DNA from: Macrostomum lignano
Taxonomy: Eukaryota
Direction of reading: 5' to 3'
Length of the DNA: 64,000 nucleotides
NCBI GenBank assembly: GCA_002269645.1
Contig: NIVC01001367.1
Span: 186,001 to 250,000, forward strand
Each line of letters starts with the position of its first letter. Position 1 is the first letter of the stretch. A model generated the notes under the pieces. That model saw nothing but the letters and a program-made list of their open reading frames with translations, searched no databases and was not told where the DNA came from. A program made the position numbers and the translations under genes. Below, one piece after another: positions 25,701 to 36,190 of this stretch.

Positions 25701-26221
25701 ACTTGCTCACTCACTCATGAACTCACTCATGAACTCACTCATGAACTCACTCATGAACTCACTCATGAACTCACTCATGAACTCACTCATGAACTCACTC
25801 ATGAACTCACTCATGAACTCACTCATGACTCATGAACTCATGAACTCACTCACTCACTCATGACTCATGAACTCATGAACTCACTCACTCACTCATGACT
25901 CATGAACTCATGAACTCACTCACTCACTCATGACTCATGAACTCATGAACTCGATTCTTTATTCAGGTGTCGCCAATCCTGAATTTTCCCTACGCGCCGG
26001 TGAACGAGGCCTCTGCCAGGCTGGTGGCGGAGCAGGACAAGGCTGTGAAGGGGCAGCGGGTGATCAGGCAGCGCCACCGGCTCCGCGGAGTGCCCGTAGC
26101 CGAGTGCCACTTCCAGCAGCACTCGGGCGGCTCCGGCGTGTTTTTCGTTTACGGCTTCGAGAACCGGCTGTACATTGAGCAGTTCCCACGGGCCGGTAGC
26201 TGCTGCTGCTCGCTGCTCTGA
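16773..26221 (+). CDS. SSUH2: SSUH2 (ssu-2) homolog, 387 aa, 7 exons: 16773-16923, 17799-17874, 18609-18738, 18833-19021, 19834-20000, 25296-25491, 25967-26221
   Basis: All introns are GT-AG with matching phases and the CDS totals 1164 nt. The protein has [55 protein letters not shown], DnaJ-like CxxCxGxG repeats and the C-terminus [24 protein letters not shown], collinear with SSUH2 as recalled. Confidence 0.9.
16944..17295. repeat. 14-bp tandem repeat in SSUH2 intron 1
   Basis: Unit CTATCCGCCCTCTG. Confidence 0.95.
17325..17777. repeat. 11-bp tandem repeat in SSUH2 intron 1
   Basis: Unit ATGCCAGTCAG. Confidence 0.95.
18232..18581. repeat. 24-bp tandem repeat in SSUH2 intron 2
   Basis: Unit GGGACGGACTGGCTGGGACAGGCG. 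Confidence 0.95.
19050..19772. repeat. 16-bp tandem repeat in SSUH2 intron 4
   Basis: Unit CACCCACTCTAC(CCAA/ACGA/CCGA). Confidence 0.95.
20018..21392. repeat. 24/22-bp tandem repeat in SSUH2 intron 5
   Basis: Unit CTCTGCCATCCACTCCGGACTC(CA). Confidence 0.95.
21410..22663. repeat. 54-bp tandem repeat (~23 copies) in SSUH2 intron 5
   Basis: Unit CATAATGCAACAGACCTAAAGCAGATTTGGCCATAGAAAAATCAATyCTGCAsr. Confidence 0.95.
23040..23053. promoter_or_regulatory. Candidate RFX X-box
   Basis: GTTGTCATGGCAAC, one mismatch from the palindromic X-box GTTGCCATGGCAAC, in a non-repetitive island between two arrays. Confidence 0.45.
23359..25250. repeat. 26-bp tandem repeat (~70 copies) in SSUH2 intron 5
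   Basis: Unit CCCAGTGCCATTCACTCCCACTCTCA, with variants changing along the array. Confidence 0.95.
25505..25950. repeat. (CACT)n plus 12-bp ACTCATGAACTC repeat in SSUH2 intron 6
   Basis: Directly visible compound array. Confidence 0.9.
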
Positions 26222-26227
26222 CTGGCA

Positions 26228-26470
26228 ATCGTGTACAAGGAGCGTGATGAGCGTGAATGACTGGCGTTGTGAATCGTGTACAAGGAGCGTGATGAGTGTG
26301 AATGACTGCGGTTGTGAATCGTGTACCAGGAGCGTGATAAGCGTGAATGACTGCGGTTGTGAATCGTGTACCAGGAGCGTGATAAGCGTGAATGACTGTG
26401 GTTGTGAATCGTGTACAAGGAGCGTGATAAGCGTGAATGACTGGGTGGTGAATCGTGTACAAGGAGCGTG
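26228..26470. repeat. 45-bp tandem repeat (~5 copies) just after the SSUH2 stop codon
   Basis: Unit TGTGAATCGTGTACAAGGAGCGTGATAAGCGTGAATGACTGCGGT. Confidence 0.9.
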
Positions 26471-26852
26471 ATTTGCAAGAGCTTATAAATAAGGGAGTAG
26501 AAGTTCAAAAACGTAATCCACCCACAGCTGATCCAGCAATATAAACTTATTAGAACCTGGCCAAAACTCCTAAGCTGTCAATATTTAAAGCCTATTTCAC
26601 CTGTTCTCCTTCATTGGGCAAATACAACTGAGAAAAGAAACTCCTTGGTTCAAATCAGCACAGAATTTTGTGTTTCTTACTTTGCATGCCTCCTGTGCAG
26701 TTTAACTAAACAGCTCTGACCTCACAGAGGGGCCCTCACTGATCCAATGGAAATCAAATATTTGATGGGTGGTGACAGCTAAAATTATAAGAAATATAAA
26801 TGGGATCATTGTGTTCATTGCTATTTTCGCGATTGTTGGGATTATTGAGACT

Positions 26853-27025
26853 TTTGGGATCATTGGGACTGTTTGGGTTATTGAGACTGTTGGGATTATT
26901 GGGACTGTTGGGATTATTGGGACTGTTGGGATTATTGGGACTGTTGGGATTATTGGGACTGTTGGTATTATTGGGATCATTGAGACTGTTGGGATCATTG
27001 GGACTATTGGGATCATTGGGACTAT
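26853..27025. repeat. Degenerate 9/18-bp repeat
   Basis: ATTGGGACTGTTGGGATT units. Confidence 0.85.
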
Positions 27026-27137
27026 TGTTTTATCATATCACAGAGCGCCAGCCCATCATTTCGTGAATTTATCCAGCTGTTTTTATAAATTTAACAGCTT
27101 CATTCACGATTTGAAAGTTGAGAAGATTTTAACGTTT

Positions 27138-27270
27138 CTGAGAGACCCCATCGCCAATGGCGGCAAAGTTTCCGAGAGACCCCATCGCCAATGGCGGCAA
27201 AGTTTCTGAGAGACCCCATCGCCAATGGCGGCAAAGTTTCTGAGAGACCCCATCGCCAATGGCGGCAAAG
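27138..27270. repeat. 34-bp tandem repeat (4 copies)
   Basis: Unit CTGAGAGACCCCATCGCCAATGGCGGCAAAGTTT. Confidence 0.9.
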
Positions 27271-27722
27271 CAAAGAGGCGGAAGAGGTGCAGAAATTTTG
27301 CGAATGTCGAAGAAACTCGTCTGCGGGTTGCGCGAAATTCGATTTTTTATTCCGCACTTTTGCGAGGCCAAAGGAGGGTGCATGTTGACCGGAGACAGGG
27401 AGAGGCTCGCGGATATTTGACTATTAGGGAGTTCTGGACAGCAAAGATCGCTATTAAATGCACATTTACGCAACCAGTTTGCATGAACATCACAAAGTAG
27501 ACGACATTAATATGCAAAATGAAATACAGTTAGCAGAAGAACGCGATCAATATTATTTGCAAAAAGTTGAACTGCAGAGAAAACAAGACTTTCTAAGACA
27601 CAAGTCGGATCAAATTAAAGCAAGCAGTGGCTGGGCGATCACCAATGGACTGACAAGAAAACACAGTGCAGCAAAATGTGGGTTAGTTGAGGACAATGTG
27701 AACTCAAAACTCGGACACCAGC

Positions 27723-28493
27723 TCACACGTAGCCGTGAAGGAAGGGGCAGTCCGTGCCCTTCATGCAGAAGCCCGAGTGCCAGAACTTGCAGGTGGTCAG
27801 CTGCTGCTGGTGGCTGAACGGGCAGTCGCGGCGCCACAGCCTGCAGATGCCGGCCACCTGGTAGCGGCAGTAGTGGTTGCGGACGCCCAGGCCCGGGCTC
27901 TGCACCGGGTAGCTGCGCTCGGCCGCGCGGCTGCGCAGCCCCGCCTCCACCGCCGCCACGCTCGGCGCCTCCGTTGGCAGCCGCGGCGGCTGGCGCTGCA
28001 GGCCACCGAATTCGTTCTTGAGCGCCTTGACGCGGCGCAGCCAGTCCGTCAGGCTGTAGGCCTCGCCGTCCGGAGCCACGAAGCAGCAGACGCTGCCGCT
28101 TGACTTGGCCGCCTTCTGCTGCTGGAGGCTGCCGCGGCGACCTTGCGAGAGGCCAACAAAGGTGCGGCACTTGTCGGCGGCGTTGCACTCCTCGTGCGGC
28201 AGCTGCTTCGGTTTCTTCGTCAGCTGTGGAGACGATGGTGGAGGCGGCGGCGGCGGAGGCGGCGGCTTCTGGAGCTCCTGACAGCATGCGGGGTCGAAGT
28301 GGCCGCTGCTGTCGCCGCTGCTGTTGTTGTTGCGGTCGGCCAGGGGGCGGCGCTTCACGCTGACCAGGACGGAGACCTCCTCGCTCAGCTCGCTGTGCAG
28401 GCTGGCGTTCGGGCTGGCGGCATCGTCCGATTGGCTGCCGGGCGGCGCTGCGGGGCGCACCCGCTGGATCAGGCTGGCTGGCGGCTGCTCCAT
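27723..28493 (-). CDS. Single-exon protein with two C-terminal CCCH zinc fingers, ~256 aa
   Basis: CRYQVAGICRLWRRDCPFSH and CKFWHSGFCMKGTDCPFLH, preceded by a low-complexity N-terminus with a poly-Pro run. The start is placed at MEQPP (28493) because the ORF-track ATG overlaps a TATA box. Confidence 0.8.
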   Translation of the reverse strand: MEQPPASLIQRVRPAAPPGSQSDDAASPNASLHSELSEEVSVLVSVKRRPLADRNNNSSGDSSGHFDPACCQELQKPPPPPPPPPPSSPQLTKKPKQLPHEECNAADKCRTFVGLSQGRRGSLQQQKAAKSSGSVCCFVAPDGEAYSLTDWLRRVKALKNEFGGLQRQPPRLPTEAPSVAAVEAGLRSRAAERSYPVQSPGLGVRNHYCRYQVAGICRLWRRDCPFSHQQQLTTCKFWHSGFCMKGTDCPFLHGYV

Positions 28494-28534
28494 GGCTGGG
28501 CTGGGCTGCTCGCTGCCTGCCCCACCCGCTCGCA

Positions 28535-28575
28535 TTTATAGAGCTGGCCCGCCTCCCTGCGCCTAGCCCCGCCCC
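28535..28575 (-). promoter_or_regulatory. TATA box (28540-28535) and GC box (28575-28567) upstream of the CCCH gene
   Basis: The minus strand reads GGGGCGGGG ... CTATAAATG, about 42 nt before the ATG. Confidence 0.5.
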
Positions 28576-29186
28576 CAACTGTACATTGCCAGACTGTACA
28601 TTCAGAGAGATGTACATTAGGTGTGCCGTATGGTCTAGCAAATTTGAACACAGTTTTTCTACCCCAGAGTCAAACAGGTGGGTGCTGAGTTCCAGATCTA
28701 TTAGCAATATTGCAGCGCCAGAGTTGTGAATGGCATCCATGCCAAGCTGCCTATGCTAAACTATTGTGCAGGCCTCTGAAGTTAAGCAGCTAAGCTTCTA
28801 CTTCAACTGTGCGAGTTGATGGCGGCGTGAGCGAGACTGTGGGGGTGCGCGCTATTTCTGATTAGAAAAAGAATAAGAATCGGCGCCCGTGACTCAGCGC
28901 AGTGTTGAAAAGCATTAGCAATGCTGCGGTAGCTAGCGAGCGCTATGAACACGTCAATATACAGGAAAAGCAACTTTTATTAGAGCCAACTAAAAATGGG
29001 TTAAGCCGAGGAATTCAAGCGGAGAGTCGGCGGCGGACCGCCAACTCAAATTACGGGGCTGTGCATTTTTCTTTCGATTTACTTTTGTAATACAGCGGCT
29101 GAGCGCCACAATTGAAAAATGGGGAGTGCAAGTGAAATAATATGCGCGAATCGATGGTCTGCCGTCCCATCAAACAAAATCCTGCG

Positions 29187-32100
29187 TCAGCGCTGCTGGT
29201 CAAGGAAGCTGAGCATCTCGTCAATTCGCGCCTTCAGGCTGAATACCAGCTTCTTGTCCGCGCTGCTGCTGGTCACGGAGAAATTGCCCGTGATGGCGTT
29301 GCTCTGCGAGTGCGGGATTGAATAGTCTGCATTATGCTACTAGCAGTAGCAGCATGCAATACCCACCAAATTTTCATTTATCTGCACTACTCAGCAACAG
29401 TCAGAAGTGGGGGGGACATCACAAACCCGAAATATCACAAACCCGAAATATCACAAACCCGAATTATCACAAACCCGAAATATCACAAACCCGAAATATC
29501 ACAAACCCGAAATATCACAAACCCAAATTATCACAAACCCGAAATATCACAAACTCGAAGTATCACAAACTCGAAGTATCACAAACCCGAAATATCACAA
29601 ACCCGAAATATCACAAACCCGAAATATCACAAACCCGAAATATCACAAACCCAAATTATCACAAACCCGAAATATCACAAACTCGAAGTATCACAAACTC
29701 GAAGTATCACAAACCCGAAATATCACAAACCCGAAATATCACAAACCCGAATTATCACAAACCCGAAATATCACAAACCCGAAATATCACAAACCCGAAA
29801 TATCACAAACCCAAATTATCACAAACCCGAAATATCACAAACTCGAAGTATCACAAACTCGAAGTATCACAAACCCGAAATATCACAAACCCGAAATATC
29901 ACAAACCCGAAATATCACAAACCCGAAATATCACAAACCCAAATTATCACAAACCCGAAATATCACAAACTCGAAGTATCACAAACCCGAAATATCACAA
30001 ACCCGAAATATCACAAACCCGAAATATCACACGCGGTCACAGTCAGCATGCTGTTGCAGTTCAATTGGAACACAAGCGGCCGCAGTCAGCATGCTGTTGC
30101 AGTTCAATTGGAACACAAGCGGTCACAGTCAGCATGCTGTTGCAGTTCAATTGGAACACAAGCGGCCGCAGTCAGCATGCTGTTGCAGTTCAATTGGAAC
30201 ACAAGCAGTCAGCATGCTGTTGCAGTTCAATTGGAACACAAGCGGTCACAGTCAGCATGCTGTTGCAGTTCAATTGGAACACAAGCGGCCGCAGTCAGCA
30301 TGCTGTTGCAGTTCAATTGGAACACAAGCGGCCGCAGTCAGCATGCTGTTGCAGTTCAATTGGAACACAAGCGGCCGCAGTCAGCATGCTGTTGCAGTTC
30401 AATTGGAACACAAGCGGCCGCAGTCAGCATGCTGTTGCAGTTCAATTGGAACACAAGCGGCCGCAGTCAGCATGCTGTTGCAGTTCAATTGGAACACAAG
30501 CAGTCAGCATGCTGTTGCAGTTCAATTGGAACACAAGCAGCCACAGTCAGCATGCTGTTGCAGTTCAATTGGAACACAAGCGGTCAGCATGCTGTTGCAG
30601 TTCAATTGGAACACAAGCGGTCAGCATGCTGTTGCAGTTCAATTGGAACACAAGCGGTCACAGTCAGCATGCTGTTGCAGTTCAATTGGAACACAAGCAG
30701 CCACAGTCAGCATGCTGTTGCAGTTCAATTGGAACACAAGCGGTCAGCATGCTGTTGCAGTTCAATTGGAACACAAGCGGTCAGCATGCTGTTGCAGTTC
30801 AATTGGAACACAAGCGGTCACAGTCAGCATGCTGTTGCAGTTCAATTGGAACACAAGCGGTCAGCATGCTGTTGCAGTTCAATTGGAACACAAGCGGCCG
30901 CAGTCAGCATGCTGTTGCAGTTCAATTGGAACACAAGCGGTCAGCATGCTGTTGCAGTTCAATTGGAACACAAGCGGTCACAGTCAGCATGCTGTTGCAG
31001 TTCAATTGGAACACAAGCAGTCAGCATGCTGTTGCAGTTCAATTGGAACACAAGCGGTCACAGTCAGCATGCTGTTGCAGTTCAATTGGAACACAAGCGG
31101 TCAGCATGCTGTTGCAGTTCAATTGGAACACAAGCGGCCGCAGTCAGCATGCTGTTGCAGTTCAATTGGAACACAAGCGGTCAGCATGCTGTTGCAGTTC
31201 AATTGGAACACAAGCGGTCACAGTCAGCATGCTGTTGCAGTTCAATTGGAACACAAGCAGTCAGCATGCTGTTGCAGTTCAATTGGAACACAAGCGGTCA
31301 GCATGCTGTTGCAGTTCAATTGGAACACAAGCGGCCGCAGTCAGCATGCTGTTGCAGTTCAATTGGAACACAAGCGGTCAGCATGCTGTTGCAGTTCAAT
31401 TGGAACACAAGCGGCCGCAGTCAGCATGCTGTTGCAGTTCAATTGGAACACAAGCGGTCACAGTCAGCATGCTGTTGCAGTTCAATTGGAACACAAGCAG
31501 TCAGCATGCTGTTGCAATTTAATTGGAACACAAGCGGTCACAGTCAGCATGCTGTTGCAGTTCAATTGGAACACAAGCAGTCAGCATGCTGTTGCAGTTC
31601 AATTGGAACACAAGCAGTCAGCATGCTGTTGCAGTTCAATTGGAACACAAGCAGTCAGCATGCTGTTGCAGTTCAATTGGAACACAAGCAGTCAGCATGC
31701 TGTTGCAGTTCAATTGGAACACAAGCGGTCACAGTCAGCATGCTGTTGCAATTCAATTCATCAAAGCACTGCTCCAATCTGATGGCGGCGCCCGGCCACT
31801 CACCGAGGTGTCTCCCAGCGGCACGATGTTAGCCGAGGCCGGCACTTCGCGCTCATGCCGACCACCGTCTGCGCCGCTGTCAGCAGTCCGCTGCTGCGCC
31901 GCCGGAGCTCTGGCTCCGAGATCCGGGTCGCCGTCAAAGTCTGCCATCGAGCCTCTGTAGGAATCCGCCACGGAGTCTCTGCCCATCTCCACGCCGATGT
32001 TCTTGCCGCTAGCCAGGGACTTGCTGGACAGTCTGTTCGGCTTCTCTCCGGATTCCTCGAGCTGGACATCCGCATCCGGGTTCTGTCCCACGCAGGACTG

Positions 32101-35070
32101 GCGGGCCGACACTCGGCCAGGCTGGCTTAAGTCTATTAGCGTGCCGTCCGAGTTGAAATCTGAATATCGGCTTGAAATTTTCCCTTTTTCGCCGTCTGTC
32201 GGTTCCGTCCGCGGCCTGCCCGAGTCGTCACTTTCTGTCTGACGCGACCTTTTCTCCAAGCCCCTTTGGGCCGCCTTGCCGCCTGATGCTGATGGCTCCG
32301 ATGGCGCTTCTTCTGACCCCGACGGCGCTCCACCCCTACCACCGCGGCGGTCGGAGGCGGCCGCACCAGCGACCCGGCTCCCCGCATTGCCAGCATCCGC
32401 CTCACTTTCTGAGTCTGTCGCGGGCTTCGACTTTTTACCCCCCGGAGTCTCCGCCACGCTGCCCAGAGCGGTCGCCGCCCGCTGGCTGCTCTCCGCCCAG
32501 TCGGAGGTGCCGCGCCCGCTGTCCTCCATGTCCGCCGTGGAAGTTGCGGCTATTGAGACGCCGGTTTTTTGCGGAGCGAGGGCGGCTGCCACTGGCTGCT
32601 GGGTTGGTGTCGTGCTGGCGTCATCAGAGAGTCCAGCCTTGTCAACTGCGTCCGCCTGCGGAAGGCCTCGACCTTTTGGCGCTGCGCTCTTTGCATTTTC
32701 ATCTTCGTCTGATTTGTCAGCTCCGGCATTCGCCTTCGGACCGTCGGCTTCAGTTGGAGCTCCCTTCTTTCTGGCCGGAGCTCTGTCCCTCCCTGCCGGA
32801 GCCCGGCCTCTTGACTTTGCCGCATTTTTTTCTCTCATTCTAGCGGCCTCAGCCGCCGCCGCCTCTTTTCCGCCGGCTTCAAAGCCCAGCTGCATCGGGC
32901 TGAGCAGATGCCGGTCCATCACCAGCTGGCAGTCACTCAGGATGGGCGCCTGCTCGTTGAGGATGATCCTGCCGTCCGTCATGTCCAGCCGGACATCCTT
33001 CAGCACAAAGAAGTCCGCGATGGCTTTGGCGCCCAAGTCTTTGGCTGTCTGAGCGTCGAGCAGCACCCGGCCGGTCAGGCAGGGGGGCGGACTGCCCAGG
33101 TTCATCTTCCTGGCCAGTTGCAGGAAGAGGTGAAGTACACGTAGTTTTGAGGAGTAAAAAAATGAAATTCACTTTCGGTTTGCGGTGATGCGCAACGCCA
33201 TCGCATATTTTCGCCCAATTTGTCTCACCTGATCTCCTCAGCGGTTTCGGCGCTGAACAGCGGAACGCCACGGTCGATCAGCACCTTCTTGCCCTGCAGG
33301 ATCATGCTGCCCTGGATGAAGTACAGCCCGTTCTGGTCAAGAATGCAAGTAGCGTCCGTCAGCATCTGCACGCGGTCTTTTAACTCCTCTTTCTTTGGGG
33401 CGGGCAGCTGCGGGCTGCGGGCTGCAGGATCCCCCGAAAGCCAGGCCAGCGGTTGCTTTTGGTCACCGAGGCAGACGGAGCCGCCCTTCAGCAGGGGTGT
33501 CAGGTCGTCGAGCAGCAGCGTGCCGTTCGCGTAGATGATGTCGCGCGCCTCGCCCATCCTGTTCGCCTCCTGGCCCACGGTGGCCGGGCTGATGAAAACC
33601 AGCGAGTCGCTCACTCGAACCTCCTCGTTGGTGTCCTCCGGCAGCTGCATGCGCACATCCTGCAGCCAGACTGTGCCATCGCGGATGCTCAGGCCGGTGT
33701 TCTGCACCGAGAACCGGCCGCCCTGAACAAACAGACGCGGAGGCTCCGGCCTCTCCGGTGCCGGGATGCCGCACAGGGAGCCCAGAGGCAGCTCCGAGAT
33801 GTTTATCACTTGGCCGTCTGCATGCAGCACCGCGTCCTCCAGCAGAGGCGCGTTGCCGGCGTACACCGTGCTTCCCAGGCTGTACAGGGTGGCGCCGTTC
33901 AGCAGCATGTGGCTGCAGTCAGAGGCATCCTTGTACACCGGCTTGCCCGTGATGGTCACGTGGTCGGCATTCGAGCCCACAATCTGGCCGTTGATAATTC
34001 GGTGCCACGTGCGGCCGACGTGCAGAAGACCTCTGAGTATGGCGATGCAGTTGTCCTTCAGCACACAGCGGCCGTTCACCAAAACCACCTGGGAGACAGG
34101 TTTGAGTTGCGGATGCAGTTCTGTGCCAAACTCAATATCATATTAGCTTCTCCGCGGGTGGTTGGTTCAGACCTACGAGCGTATTTTAAAATTGACTTGA
34201 GCAATCTTGATCCCGCTGAGCCACTGACGGCAATGCAAAGCGGCCTTAAGCGGATGGGGTTTAGACAACAAGTTTTCTACGCTGCCTCACCTGATTGAGC
34301 TCTCCGCCTTCGCCCTTGACTTCCAGGCCGGTCTGATTGGCTGCGCTGCTCCGCTCAGCCTCAATGGCCGCGAGTTTGTCGTAGCTCGGCAGGAGCTGCT
34401 TCGCCTGGTCCAAATCGATGCTCTCGACCTGTGGTCGCCCTCGGGCGGCCGACTTCATGGGGACAACATCGGCGGCAAAGCGGATCTGCGGATCCTGCAT
34501 GATCGGCTTGTGGCCGTCGAGCAGCTCCGAGTTGCCATAGTACAGGTTGCGTTGGCTGTCCCTGGCCGCCAGGGACTCCAGGCCTTTCCGGTCCAATGAT
34601 TTGCCTGTCAGAGTCGGCGGCCCAACGGAAGGCTGCGCCTCCAGCTGCGACTTGGCCTGGAAGTACGGCACCCCATCGCGCACGATCACGTCCTCGCCCT
34701 GCAGAACCAGCTCGCCATCCGTCAGCAGCAGCTCGTTGTTCTCGTGCTTCGCCGACTTGACCCGAGCTACTAGAGTCCTTTCACTCGGCTCCTTCGCCTC
34801 GCTGCCGCCTGTCGCTGCCTTGGCAGCACTTGGTGCCGCGTCAGAGGCGGGCGCTGCGTCCTTGACGACCCGCTTCTTCAGCAGGGTCGGGGCTGCGGGC
34901 CGGACGTCTCCCTGCCGGTCTGAGCAGACGATGTCCCACAGCAGGGAGTCAGGCTGGCAGTCGCACTGGATGTGCACCTGGTTCTTCACCACACCGGGAT
35001 GCCTCTGGTGCGTGACTGACACGCGGCCGCTCTGTGCGAGGCTCCAGGAGAACCGCTTGTCCGGGTCCAT
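29187..35070 (-). CDS. Uncharacterised ~1020-aa protein, 4 exons: 35070-34291, 34088-33229, 33109-31804, 29303-29187
   Basis: Phase-matched GT-AG introns (0, 2, 0) and strongly GC-biased codons. It has repeated beta-type units (LLTDGELVLQGEDVIVRDGVPYF; YFIQGSMILQGKKVLIDRGVPLF; FVQGGRFSVQNTGLSIRDGTVWL), a long acidic/basic low-complexity region, and the C-terminal helix KKLVFSLKARIDEMLSFLDQQR. An acceptor precedes the ATG, so upstream exons may exist. Confidence 0.75.
29417..30030. repeat. 16-bp tandem repeat with higher-order variant pattern (intronic)
   Basis: Unit ATCACAAACCCGAAAT; the variant block CCAAATT/CCGAAAT/TCGAAGT/TCGAAGT recurs. Confidence 0.95.
30031..31752. repeat. 37-43-bp tandem repeat (~40 copies; constant core plus variable 0-6-nt linker), intronic
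   Basis: Core AGTCAGCATGCTGTTGCAGTTCAATTGGAACACAAGC; linkers GGCCGC, GGTCAC, AGCCAC or none. Confidence 0.95.
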
Positions 35071-35276
35071 GCTGTAAATTGAGTGGCTACCTGCCGCACG
35101 CAGCGCTGAACTGCTAGAGACAATTTCAGCTGTGTATGTTGCTTATAAATTCCACTCTAACTCAGGGGTTCAAGACAGAGGATCTTGCTGGGCAGGCGGG
35201 AAGCTCCCTAGTCTATGGCCAATCCATCTACTGATTTGCATGCAACTATCATCTTATTACCAAAAGCTTTCTATTA

Positions 35277-35499
35277 CACCTTTTCACGTTCAATTTTGAA
35301 CAAAGTCCAGTTCTAAAAAAACTAGCGGAAATTCAATTCAGACAATTCAGACTGGGGCAACAAACCCCAGTTCAAAACATTCTGCTACGGAAGCGAGGTT
35401 TAGCCATAGACAAAATTGTCCCCAGTCTGAATTGTCTGAATTGAATTTCCGCTAGTTTTTTTAGAACTGGACTTTGTTCAAAATTGAACGTGAAAGGTG
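35277..35499. mobile_element. MITE, ~80-bp TIRs, TA target duplication (Tc1/mariner-type)
   Basis: TA|CACCTTTTCACGTTCAATTTTGAACAAAGTCCAG... and ...CTGGACTTTGTTCAAAATTGAACGTGAAAGGTG|TA. Confidence 0.85.
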
Positions 35500-35990
35500 T
35501 ACCAAAAGCAACAAGAGTTGCTTGTTGACGGGAGGGTGCCCAATTGCGGTGGTAGGTTATGGAACTGTAACTAAAACCGAACTCAGAACTATAAGGCTCA
35601 TAACTATAGCTATAGTACCTTGTAGAGTGTAAAAAGAGCGTTGTACTATGTCACTCTCTTGTGTCCACTGTTCAGTGTACATTCAGCTGTACGCTACGTT
35701 TCACAGCTGAAGGCAGTTTCATGGATTTTCCATGGAATGTCTGGCGGGATTGCCGCAGGATTGCCACGGGATTTCAGCATTTTAATTTTTAGCATATAGG
35801 ATGCATAATACGATTTCAACGTGCATAAACTACACTTGATGAAGCTTTTTGAAAAAGCACGGTAACTCCGATAATCGCCGTGGACTTATTGGCTGTTCTG
35901 TCTGATCCAACTGTTCAGAAGTCAAGCGAGGTAAGAGTTTCATTTAATATTAGTTTTTGTAACTAAAACAGGTTTTCGATTGAGTATTTC

Positions 35991-36190
35991 TTAATTGAGT
36001 GTGTTACACGCTCAAGTTTGCGGAGACACGGGACTGTCACATCCTTACAGCGAGTGTTGATTTGAAAGTAAAATTCAGATAAAGTTGCTCGCTTGGCAAG
36101 TAAGATGATTTACTTTCAAATCAACATTCGCTATAAGGATGTGACAGTCCCGTGTCTCCGCAAACTTGAGCGTGTAACACACTCAATTAA
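35991..36190. mobile_element. 200-bp near-perfect palindromic MITE with TTAA at both ends
   Basis: TTAATTGAGTGTGTTACACGCTCAAGTTTGCGGAGACACGGG... mirrored by ...CCCGTGTCTCCGCAAACTTGAGCGTGTAACACACTCAATTAA; stem of about 85 bp. Confidence 0.85.

Noticed and set aside
28494-28535. ATG at 28535 as the CCCH gene start
   Set aside because: It overlaps the TATAAA box; the downstream ATG at 28493 is more plausible.
30031-31752. CRISPR array (37-bp near-palindromic repeat)
   Set aside because: Linkers are 0-6 nt and reused, there are no unique spacers or cas genes, and the context is a eukaryotic intron.
31753-31803. Stop at 31753 as the end of the large minus-strand gene
   Set aside because: A strong in-phase donor (TCG|GTGAGT at 31804/31803) and a matching coding exon at 29303-29187 fit better, and the stop overlaps the satellite edge.
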